Made by a program: the position numbers and the translations under genes. 64,000 nt of DNA from Ranitomeya imitator (taxonomy: Eukaryota). Below, one piece after another: positions 1 through 12,878 of the stretch. The notes beneath the pieces were generated by a model that was not told where the DNA came from, did not search any database, and worked only from the letters and a program-made list of their open reading frames with translations. How positions within the stretch are numbered: position 1 is the first letter of the stretch; the number at the start of each line of letters is the position of its first letter. Location: assembly GCF_032444005.1 (NCBI RefSeq), contig NC_091283.1, positions 41,354,001-41,418,000 on the forward strand. Reading direction: 5' to 3'.

Positions 1-300
1 GTCAGGTCAGATGGGCGTGGTGACATCGCTGTTCCTTCCCCCAGATCTTGCATACATTTCCATTGGTGGCGTAGTGGTTTGCGCATGCCCAACTTCTGAA
101 TCCACTGCGCAGGCGAAGAAAAAACGCGCGATCGGCGCTATTTCCCTGGTGATCGTGGGGGCGGCCATCTTCCTGAGGCCGCGCGTGCGCATATGGAGTC
201 CTCTGCTGCCCGGGGCTTCAGGGAAATGGCCACGGGATGCCGCGCGTGCGCAGATGGAGATCGCGGCGGCCATTTTCCTGAAGTCGAGATGCGACCAGCC
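1..300. mobile_element. GC/CpG-rich non-autonomous DNA-transposon (MITE-like) fragment, cut by window start
   Basis: Repeated GGCGGCCAT(C/T)TTCCTGA and GCCGCGCGTGCGCA(T/G)ATGGAG motifs; no terminus visible. Confidence 0.35.
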
Positions 301-770
301 TGATTGACAGGCGAAAACGGCGACTTTGGTAAGTTATGCTCCGAAAGTAGTGAAAATGTATGATGTTGCACTTTTGAATCAGATGGACTTGATGTAGCAT
401 ACCTGTAGGGGTAGTTGCTGCTTGCTAGAAAAGTTCTGCACTTGAATAAAGAAAATGTTTGTTTTCCACTTTGAAGCCTTAAGATAGTATACCCATAGTG
501 GGTAATAGCATTTCATAGTTAGTTATTATACTGTTCTCTATTGTTAAGAGTATGCGTACCATGTAAATAAGTTCTTGCAACGTTCAAGTGTTCTCACCTC
601 CCATAAAGGGAAGCTCCCGTTCTATTATTAATAATTAGTATTAATTTGTTTTATAAGTTCATAGCATTTCAAAAATTGTATGTCCTTTTGCTAAAATATT
701 GTTGTTCTTCTTTTCCCTGTCCAGGAGTACTGGATTTAAGGGGTGGGGGTGGGGGGGTTGGGGGAGGAAG

Positions 771-1898
771 GTGGCGCCCCAGGGTCCTGGTCGTCACAGT
801 AGCATTGCTTTCCTCACGGGGAGAGTGATGTTATGCTTGAAGGCAAGAAGGGATAACTGTAGCCAGGTAACACAAGCATGTAACTCATTCACACTCCAGG
901 CCACCAGGGGGAGCTTTTGATTCTACTTATTAGGTGACTCCCCTAGATATAGTAGTCTGTGGGGAAAGTTAGTGAGTTCTTGCCAGGAAACAGACTAGAT
1001 CAATCTGAGGCAGAAGAGGGTTTACGGAGCTGTGTAGCCGCAGTGCAGCAGCTCATGGAAAGAGACATTCAGAAAGCCGAATACATTGCAGTGAACGTGC
1101 AGGAGAGCAAAGCACAGGAGAGGATACCAAGGGGACACCAGCCCTGAGCAGGCTGCCTCCTTCAGAGGCGCAGAGACTAGTAGCCGGAACACTGAGGATC
1201 GTAAGACTCTCCACGACTTACATCAGAGACCGGCAGGACAGCAGAATTCCATGTTCCCTGTCCGCCTTAGTACCCAAGAGGTACAGTGACACCCTTAGAG
1301 GCTGGGGCATGCTAGAGTCCCTATAAACCGCCTCAAGTCACCAGTCATACGGGTCGTGTCCTATCCTATATGGGGGACAGAGAGAGAGAACACCTGTGAG
1401 GAACTTATGTGAAGCCATAGGCAGTAAGGGACTACAATACCACGGCGCTAGAGGAAGGCCTTGATTTCCACCTGGATAAGGGGACTCCTAACTTGCCTCC
1501 AAGATGGCCGGACCTTGCCTGCCCTGTGATCTGGTGCCCTGGACTGTGGCTGCCTGAAGTTGACAGTAAACAAGGTAAAGAGACTGCAACCCTGTGTCCT
1601 CATTCTTTACTGCGCCATTCACCATCTACACACCTGGAGCCCTGGGGATATACTTCACCTGTGGAATGTATACCATCTAGCTGCCATAACATCACCCCAG
1701 AGGACCTCTTAAAGCAGCATCGGTCCCCATTGACCGAATACCACAGGTGGCGTCACGAAAGCAATCTTTATTCCCTTTAAAGACCTTTCCCTTTTACATG
1801 GGTGCCCAGGGCCAAGGACTTGGTCGCAGCCACCGTGACATCCCCCTGTGAACACCGGACCCGGTACCGAGTACCCCACGGCCCTGGCGGGTGACTCA
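771..1898 (+). mobile_element. Solo/isolated LTR, Gypsy-like family A
   Basis: Begins (T)GTGGCGCCCC, ends GGTGACTCA; homologous to 21333-22249 (e.g. CCCTGGACTGTGGC...CAACCCTGTGTCCTC) and to the reverse complement of 23120-23240; no TSD found. Confidence 0.6.
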
Positions 1899-2573
1899 TA
1901 TGCGAGGTCCTCACTGCCTGTGGCTTTCTGGTAAAGTCCTCTCTCTCCTGTCCTGGGACAGTTACCCGTATGGTGGGCAGTTCGAGCCTTCTTATAGGGT
2001 CTCTATCATGACCCGGGCTCTTTGTGTACTGCTGCATCTCCAGGTGTGGGTGCTGGAAAATTACATAAAGTCCTTTACCCTCTAGTTTGGCCGTGTGACC
2101 TGGAGCACAACACAGCCTTGGGCTCGCGGTGCCCGGGTCCTGCGGTTCGGCTCAGAGGGCGCCTGGTCACAGTACCCCTCTAAGCCATTTCCTTCTCCTG
2201 TGCTTCTTTCCTCAGATGCTCACTACATTCCAACCCTTCAGGTTATCTGCCATTCCTGGAGCTGCAGCACACACGTGGCTGCACAGCCCCACTCTTTGCT
2301 CCTTCACTTCTCTCCTCCACTGCCTGCTACCGACTGCCTTCCTTTGTCTCCCTAGACCAACTGTCTAACTCCTCCTCCAGATCAGAATCCATAAAGTTGG
2401 GGAAGCTCCCCTGAATCCAGGTTCAGAGCTCCCCCTTCAGGTCTGGATTCAGAATGTGTTGCATGTAGGTGTGTTACCTGGTATAGGGAATCCTCCTTGC
2501 CTCCAAGCATGATATTACTCTCCCCAAAGGGAAGGCAACATCACTATAACAACCGGTTACCTGGGGTATTACA
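1899..2573 (-). mobile_element. Truncated LTR, family A, inverted
   Basis: Minus strand starts TGTAATACCCCAGGTAACCGGTTG, matching TGTAACACC...ATAACCGGATG at 21333; colinear with ~21333-21995. Confidence 0.7.
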
Positions 2574-2890
2574 GTAACCTCGTAACTGCCCTAGACCACC
2601 AAGGTTCCTTACAGTAACTTCTTTACTATCCTAGACCACCAAGGATCCTTATATTAACCTCTTTACTGCCCTAGACCACCAAGGGTCCTTATAGTAACTT
2701 GTTTACTGCCCTAGACCACCAGAGGTCCTTATATTAACCTCTTTACTGCCCTAGATCATTAGAGGTCCTTATAGTAACCTATTTACTGCCCTAGACCACC
2801 AAGGATCCTTAAAGTAACCTCTTTAATGCCCTTGACGACCAGGGATCCTTATAGTATTCTCTTTACTACCCAAGACAAGACCACCAAGCA
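2574..2890 (+). repeat. 40-bp minisatellite, ~8 copies
   Basis: Unit ~CTTATAGTAACCTCTTTACTGCCCTAGACCACCAAGGATC repeated in tandem. Confidence 0.9.
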
Positions 2891-3000
2891 TACTGTTTTT
2901 AACCCATGTATTAACCTAGACAACCAAGTTTACTGAGATTAATCTCTTAGCTTCTCTAGACCACCAGAGATCCTTAAATTTACAAACTGGAATTAACCCC

Positions 3001-3629
3001 TGTAGTGCAGTGGGGTTGGTGCAGTGCGACAGATAGGCAAGGACCACAGAAAGTTCAACATAAATGGAGTCTTTATTTTCAGAACTCAAACATAGGAATG
3101 ATGTCCTCCGGATCACAGACAGGTTTCCATAAACACAGTCCAGAACTCAAAACCTGTTGCCGTGGACAATGGAACTGCCGTGCGTTCTGGGTGTGCCAGC
3201 CGCCTGGAAGTCCCTGGCTCTGTGTTAGCTCCACACAGACCTGGGTTGCACAGAGCCACCTGCTCTGCAGCTTGCAAACTCCAACACTCACACACCCAAG
3301 GCAAAACTGACAAATTTAAAGGGAATCGTGCCACTCCCAAAAACAGGGAGTGGAGTGAGGAATTCCACCCAGTACAAAACCTGCAAATCCCTCTTAAAAA
3401 TAAAAACCATTAACGGGTTTTCCTAACAAAGTGACTGAGTCACTACTTGGACCCAATCTTTCTTTTATTTTGCCTTGTGACTCACAGGCGTCCTGCTGTG
3501 AACACAAGGCACTCCAGCGGGTTTAATAGGACTCCGTCCGCATTATGGGGGATTCATATCGATCCTCGTCTATGATCCCCCTCGCTGCTTCACCCCCCCG
3601 ACTGGCCTACTCTACCAGGGATGCTGACA
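3001..3629 (-). mobile_element. Probable solo LTR
   Basis: TG...CA bounded (TGTAGTG...GCTGACA), AATAAA on minus strand near 3075; no TSD found. Confidence 0.45.
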
Positions 3630-4230
3630 TCAAAACCTTTACTGCTTGGGATACAAAAGCAATCAGGAATGAAGACTTAGAGGGAACTTTCCTGAAATCT
3701 ACAGTCAGACCCTAACCTGTAGGCCATGAATCTTTGCACTGATGTCCTGGTGGGAGGGTGGGGGGAAAAATGATTTATCGCACAAGGGCCAGTAGAAAAT
3801 AAGTATACAGAGGTCAGTCTTGACCTGTTTATTGCATTAATTCTGTAAAATATGAATCTGCACAGAGTCTTCTTTTGAAGTGAACGGGGCTAATCCGCAA
3901 CACCGTCACTGCCCATGGACGATAGGGGCTTTATTTCCATTTTTTTTTACAACCCCTTACGCTATGTAACCTCTCTCTGCTCGATTATTAAGAAACTATG
4001 ATCTGGGAATCTGAATAAGTTAGAACTCAACCTCCTACGTCACCAAAGGATCAGTCTGTTGCCTGGTTGCTCTCCCATTCTTTACACTGCAGCTCTCCTT
4101 ATTCAGACTAACTTCATTATATAAGGGTAAACCAACATTAGCTCGAAAAGACGTCTTTTCAGATTAGACACAGAAGCAGACATAACATTGCGGCAGAGCA
4201 GGCAACACAAGGGCTTTGGATGCGAGAATA

Positions 4231-5863
<1,633 letters not shown>

Positions 5864-6016
5864 TACATAGTCATTACCTGCAGCTGTCACTAGGGGGAGC
5901 TCACTGCATACAGATGCAGACATCTATTAGATTTTAGCTCCCTCTAGTGGTGGCTACATGAAAATCATAACAGATTGTGGATCTATATATGGAACAGTAG
6001 ATTTTCAAGTCATTAA

Positions 6017-6266
6017 TGGGGTTTCCTGGTTTCAGAATATCTTTTTCTACCGGCTGCAGTTTGTTTTAAAGAAAATAAAAACTCTTCTTGATTTTCTCTC
6101 TCCCGGGTCCAATGCTTTTCTTGATGGATGGCACAAGCTGATTGACCGCAGTGTTCCCAGCGTGATGTCATTGCTGCAAACAATAATGTTTGACCCGGGG
6201 AGGGTGAGTAAGGCACACTTTTGCTTCTTTTAATCAAACTGCAGCCACGGAAACTGAAAAACCCCT
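6017..6266. mobile_element. Kolobok/T2-type MITE
   Basis: TTAA at 6013-6016 and 6267-6270; imperfect TIR (T/A)GGGGTTT; inner inverted pair GGCTGCAGTTTG..AAAGAA / TTCTTT..CAAACTGCAGCC. Confidence 0.7.
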
Positions 6267-7669
6267 TTAATAGGGCCTAATCTTCATATAGAGCCCTATA
6301 ATTTTTCTATCTATAGGAATAACGATATTCAGGCTACAAGAAAACTAAGATTCCATGATGAATAAGCCTCAACCATGGAAGAAGTATTTAATGAAAACTG
6401 ATACAATATGCAAATATTGACCTGGGCTCATTTGCATGCATCTCAGCCCCTTTCAGGAATTAAGCCCCCTCGGTCTGTTCATTATTTGCTTTTAATTTTT
6501 TAAGGACAAAGCGTCCTCCTCCATCTTCTGTAAGGAAATGATATTTACTCTCACTGGCGATGTGGAAATCTCTGAAGTTCTCCTGCAAATAGTAAAAAAA
6601 AAAAAAACAACAAAAAATGGAACCTGAAACAAAGCAGGAAATAGCAGTTCACGCTTCTCTTAGCAGAAATAACATTTATTTTTATGCTTTTCATCCCTGC
6701 GCTGACCCCCTGCACTCAGATACATCAGAATCCGCAGCGACGGCGAGCGCTCGGCCCCGCTCCACACTATTATTTGCTCCTTTTTTTTTTTTCACCGCAC
6801 CAAATATATACACAGTCCTGGCATGAATACATAGTAGGGACAGGAAAGGGCTGAAATGTAATTTTTACAGTGCAGATATCCAAGAAATAACATTACCCGG
6901 AGTACAGTCAGCTCCTGTCTGCAGCCTCGGGTTCACATCCATCTCCAAATGTCTCGGAGACATCCCCGTGACCTTGTCAAGGTCAACAGCTCCGAAGACG
7001 TCAAAAAAGGCCCTTCCAAGAAAATGGATGACGTTTTTTTTTTTTTTCTGTAGTTTTTCATTTTCTCTTTGCAGCTTTGACACCTTTTCCGTAGCGCAAA
7101 TCACAAGTCGATCCGCTGACAAATGGGGACGGTGATGGACGTCTTCTTTGTGAAAAGGAACCGTAATCGTGGGGAGGGCAAAAAAAATCACAAAAGTAAA
7201 TCTCAAATAAGACTGTGGAAATAATCCCCTGCTTGTGATACAATGGGAGGAGGGGGATAAGGAAAGCTTGGGAAAGAACTGGACGATAAGGGCGTAATAT
7301 ATGTATAATAACTAGGGTTTCCGCATCATCCTCTCCTAAATAGTCACTGTCGTCTCAACAAACCACATAAATCAACAGTACAAATGAATATCAGAAACTC
7401 TGTAATGTACCTTATTAGAAAAATATGCTTCTTTCTCCACTTGTGAGCCACTTCTTTTCCCCATCCAGCCACCTGAACTGATCATTCATCCTGAAACAAA
7501 GCCGGACTGAAGGATCAAGTTACAGCTTCCTTTTAAAGCCTGTGTTGTGTTGGAGGAAGGAGGAAAGAGACAGACAGACCTGTGATGATTTCTAGAAAAT
7601 GTTTCATATAGAACTCACAGCTACATTGTTCTGTACTGTCCTCCATGCTACGGCTTTCCAGTGATGTTT

Positions 7670-8660
7670 TGCATCCGATATCCAGTGATGGATTCATAGC
7701 AACACTGCTCAGTACTACTGTGCAATGTCCTTCATGTTGCTGCTGCTTTTGAGCATGGTCTACAGATAGACAGGGGAACAAGAATCTCTCATGTCCGTGT
7801 GCGCTGTGTATGGGAAACATCATAGAAAGCTAGTCTCCAACCACCTGCTCAGAGACAATTGAAAATGAGAGATCAATCCAGCAGAGAAAAGAAGAGCAGA
7901 AACAGAGAGACGCGCTACTTTCTAGTAAATGTTTTAATTTATCTGTGCAGGACTCACAGCTACTGCACTGCTGTACATTGTCCTCATACTGCTGCATTTT
8001 AGTGAATGTTTTATCTTATCCAGTGCTGGATTCACAACTACACTGTACAATACTATTGTATAATGTCCTTCATGCTGTTGCTGCTTTTGAATATGCACTA
8101 CATAGAGACAGGGGAGCAGGAATACTTTCTGTGTTTGCTGTATATGGGAATCATCATATCAGATCATCTCCACCCACAACTGAAAATGAGAGATAAAGCC
8201 TGCAGATGAAAGAGGAGCTGAGACAGATCTGTTCTGCTTTATGGTATATGTGCAGGATTCCCAGTTCCGCTGCTCAGTATGTCTATATAATGTTCTTCAT
8301 GCAGCTGCTGCTTCTTAGAAACAAGGTAGCAGGAATCATTCATGTCTATGTGTGCCCTGTATTAGAGACAGAATATCAGCTAGTCTCCACTCCCTAGCTC
8401 AGGGACAGCTGAAAATTAAAGATAAAGCTTTCAGAGGAAGGAGGAGTAGAGACAAACAGACCTGTTCTGCTTTTGTGTAAATATTTTATCTCATCCAGCA
8501 CTGGATTCACAGCTACACTGCTAAGTATCGCTGTTTTATGTCCTTCATTCTGCAGTTGGTTCTGAACATCCTTCATCTCTGTGTGTGCTGTGTATAGGAG
8601 ACAACATATTAGCTAATCTCCACTCTCTAGCTGAGCGACAACTGAAAACCAAAGATAGAG
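7670..8660 (+). repeat. Old degenerate tandem repeat, ~230-340 bp unit, ~4 copies
   Basis: ATCCAG(T/C)(G/A)(A/C)TGGATTCA, ATGTCCTTCAT, CTAGTCTCCAC, CTGAAAAT recur at ~7680, 8020, 8250-8420, 8490. Confidence 0.7.
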
Positions 8661-9729
8661 ATTGCAGAGTGGAAAACTGGGTACAAATGCCGGGCACAAG
8701 TCATATAATAACCAAAAATAGTGTTATTCCTCATGCACACGTGCCTATTCTGAAAAGTCTCCTAAAACTAAATTCACTCAGGATGGAAATTTTTATGCAA
8801 AAATTGGATAGGAATTTAGCAAATCTTATCCACATGCATCAGAAATTGACTTGCGCTGCAGATTTTGTAAATCCCAGTAACACCAGCAGCTGGAAAACCA
8901 ACATGTTTGACAGCAGTGGTTGATTCTTAAGGAGTCTGAATATTGCCTTTATTCTTCATCATTTCTGAATTGTATTTGCCCCATTTCTGAAACTATTTTT
9001 TGCATTCACCTTTAGGCTCGTGCCAACGTAGCGCACAGGGGAAGAAGCTCCTGTTTCACAATGCAAAAGCGCTCACAGAGTTCCTCCTCCATTATCAGAA
9101 GCCGTTTATAATATTGATCTTCATCTATGGAATATGGGATTGTTTTGGGTCCCTTAGGCTCCAAGGATCAGGTGCAATCACTCTGCATCTTATACAAATA
9201 CGCCTGAAAATAATATAATACAGCTGGAAACAAGACATACACACAGCAAGGAGTGCACGGGAGGAGCGCCGGGCTAAAATAAAGGGCGTCACCAGCTCGG
9301 TGAGCAGAATAATGGCACAGAGCGGCCGCTTCTCGCAGCAGCAGCTTCTTCCTTTGTTTTGCACTCATCGGTCTGGGCAGTAACTTATCTGTTTACCTAT
9401 CATATTAGGGATGCGACATCCGAACTCTTTGTGTCCCGAATTATTCATTCTGTAAATGAATTCTGTTAGTAATATCCTACCGCCTTTTCTCCTTTTGCTT
9501 TGAAGTGTTGTATTGTATTTTTTTGTTCCTTTGCTTATTACTCATTATCCAGTGCCTTCCTATATAATTGGCTTTTTTGTATGTATGTAAGTACTGATCT
9601 TCAATGGCATAACAAGAGTGGGATGATCCCCAGTGCAAAATTTAGACCTTGGCCCCCCCCACTTACATTTTGTCTACATGTATTAGCCCTTGAAGCATTC
9701 TAAATCCTACAAAAACATATGTGATTCCC

Positions 9730-9975
9730 CCTCCATATTGTAATAATGTCCCCCATCCTATATTAATGACACCAATCCTGGGCCCCTTCTTGGTATAATG
9801 TCCCCTTTCTTGGTATAATGTCCCCCTTCTTGGGCCCATTTTTAGTATAATGTCCCCCATCCTGAGCCCCTTCCTGCTAAAATGTTCTCCATCATGGGCC
9901 CCTTCCTGCTATAATGTCCAACATCTCGAGCCCCTTATTGTAATAATGTCCCTATCCAGGCCTCTTCCTGCTACA
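9730..9975 (+). repeat. ~22-30 bp degenerate minisatellite (TATAATGTCCCC core)
   Basis: TAATGT(C/T)C motif recurs about 7 times with GGGCCCC(T)TC. Confidence 0.7.
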
Positions 9976-10842
9976 CATTACACCCGAATGTGTGTCCTCT
10001 GAAATAGGCACTGGCGTTGACGGGCTCCCCTCCCGCATGCACTCGGCGATCACAATTGTTAGGACACTGCTGACCTGACCCATCTATTATATGAATGACA
10101 CATACTTAAATAGTCCCGCCAAATCCCTAACAGGCTTTTCAATAACTTAAGGGACCCCTTAGACTTCTGGAAGAGTAGGTGTCACGATAATGTAAATATG
10201 CCATATTCGGAGTTTACTTCTAGGAGGTTCCATGGCTTTCCAGACACACGCTGTGGGCTTTCTGACCCCCCATCCTCTTCACACTGCATAGGAAACTCTT
10301 CTTCGCACCACATGTCCTCTGAAGTAAATTACGCTTATAAGTGGGTGGGCTCCTGACCCGTTATTAATTACACAATAGGAGCTGGTGGCAGCAGAAGTGT
10401 CCTGCGCTGGTGGTTAACGCTGGCAGCGACTAAAGAAGGGGTTGATAATTATTGTTCCTGCCTGAGTGGGAGTAGTTATATCGCCCTCGCTGCAGTGTAC
10501 CCTATAGCCAGTACATAGCAGGCAGCCTTTCTGATGACTGATTATCCTAGGTGCAGTTCCCTGACTGACCTGAGGGTATGGGGGCGCCAGAGAGCTGCAA
10601 GTTCCAAACTGGAATTGGGAAGTAGAATATAGATAAATCCCCTTCAGAAAAGAACCGGGGCAACTAAACAACCCCGTTTCATGACAGTAGGCAAATCTCG
10701 CAAATTATCATGAGTGGGTGGAGCGTTTCCATGTCCAATTAAATATTATGGGTGTGGAATGTAAAATGTGGTATGGGTTGGGTGAAAGAAATTTGGGCGG
10801 CTGGTCATAGAGGCCTCAGCGAATGTTGGCATGTATTGAATA

Positions 10843-12878
10843 TCTACTATATAATTATCTAAGGGTCACTTCCGTCTGTCTTTCTGTCATGGATATTCAT
10901 TGGTCGCGGCCTCTGTCTGTCATGGAAATCCAAGTCGCTGATTGGTCGCGGCAAAACAGCCACGACCAAACAGCGACGGGCACAGTCCGGAAGAAAATGG
11001 CCACTCCTTACTCCCTTGCAGTCAGTGCCCGGCGCCCGCATAATCCTCTCCGGTCACCGATCACACAGGGTTAATGCCGGCGGTAACGGACCGCGTTATG
11101 CCGCGGGTAACGTAACCGCTGCTATTAACCCTGTGTGTCCCCAACTTTTTACTATTGATGCTGCCTATGTGGCATCAATAGTAAATTAATGTAATGTTAA
11201 AAATAATAAAAAAACAAAAGACCTGCTATTCTCACACTCCGTTGTCCGCCGAGCCGCTCGCGCCAGCCGCCATCTTTCGTTCTCGGCGATGCATTGCGAA
11301 ATTACCCAGAAGACTTAGCGGTCTTGCGAGACCGCTAAGTCATCTGGGTAATTTCGCAATGCATCCTGGTAACGGAAGATGGCGACAGCCACGCGCGTAT
11401 CGCCGGAGCTTCGCTGGGCCCCAGGGGTAAGTATATAACTATTTTTTATTTTAATAATTTTTTTAACAGGGATATGGTGCCCACACTGCTGTATACTACA
11501 TGGGCTGTGTTAGATACCGCGTGGCTGCTATATACTACATAGGCAGTGTTATATACTATGTGGGCTGTGTGATATACTCCGTAGGCTGTGCTATATACTG
11601 CGTGGGCAGTGTTATATACTACGTGGCTGCTATATACTGCGTGGGCATTGTTATATACTACGTGGCTACTATATACTGCGTGGGCTGTGTTATATACTGC
11701 GTGGCTGCTATATAATGCGTGGGCTGTGTTATATACTACGTGGTTGCTATATACTGCGTGGGCTGTGTTATATACTACGTGGCTACTATATACTGCGTGG
11801 GCTGTGTTATATACTGCGTGGCTACTATATACTGCGTGGGCTGTGTTATATACTACGTGGCTGCTATATACTGCGTGGGCTGTGTTATATACTACGTGGC
11901 TACTTTATACTGCGTGGGCTGTGTTATATACTACGTGGCTACTATATACTGCGTGGGCTGTGTTATATACTAAGTGGCTACTATATACTGCGTGGGCTGT
12001 GTTATATACTACGTGGCTGCTATATACTGCGTGGGCTGTGTTATATACTACGTGGCTACTATATACTGTGTGGGCTGTGTCATATACTACGTGGCTACTA
12101 TATACTGCGTGGGCTGTGTTATATACTACGTGGCTACTATATACTGCGTGGGCTGTGTTATATACTACGTGGCTGCTATATACTGCGTGGGCTGTGCTAT
12201 ATTTTACATCGCCAGTGTTATATACTACGTTGCCTGTGTTATATACTGCGTGGCTGCTATATTCTGCGTGGGCTGTGTTATATACTACGTGGCTGCTATA
12301 TACTGCGTGGGCTGTGCTATATTTTACATTGCCAGTGTTATATACTACGTTGCCTGTGTTATATACTACGTGGCTGCTATATACTGCGTGGGCTGTGCTA
12401 TATTTTACATGGCCAGTGTTATATACTACGTTGCCTGTGTTATATACTGCGTGGCTGCTATATTCTGCGTGGGCTGTGTTATATACTACGTGGCTGCTAT
12501 ATACTGCATGGGCTGTGTTATATACTACGTGGCTGCTATATACTGCGTGGGCTGTGCTTTATATTACATGGCCAGTGGTATATACTACGTTGCCTGTGTT
12601 ATATACTGCGTGGCTGCTATATACTGCGTGGGCTGTGTTATATACTGCGTGGTCACTGTTATATATTGCGTGGCCTGTATTAACGCATCAGGTATTCTAC
12701 AATACGTATGTATATAGCAGCCGCATAGTATATAGCACAGGCCACGTAGTATTTGTATTATATACTACATGGCTCCTATATACTACGTGGCCTGTGCTAT
12801 ATACTATGTGGCTGCTATATACATACATAAATACATATTCTAGAATACCCGATGGGTTAGAATCGGGCCACCATCTAG
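10843..12878 (+). mobile_element. Non-autonomous Helitron
   Basis: A|TC 5' end (10842|10843), CTAG|T 3' end (12875-12878), subterminal hairpin CCCGAT(12848-53)...ATCGGG(12862-67); no TSD or TIR. Confidence 0.85.
11490..12800 (+). repeat. 39-bp minisatellite inside the Helitron
   Basis: Unit ATATACTACGTGGCT(A/G)CT + ATATACTGCGTGGGCTGTGTT; accounts for the stop-free low-complexity ORFs in all three + frames. Confidence 0.95.

Noticed and set aside
2574-2890. CRISPR-like periodicity (also 22481-22790)
   Set aside because: Units are contiguous with no unique spacers, no cas genes, eukaryotic context
7075-7170. Protein-coding exon after a strong acceptor
   Set aside because: Stops in all three frames and a weak donor; kept only as part of a non-coding candidate
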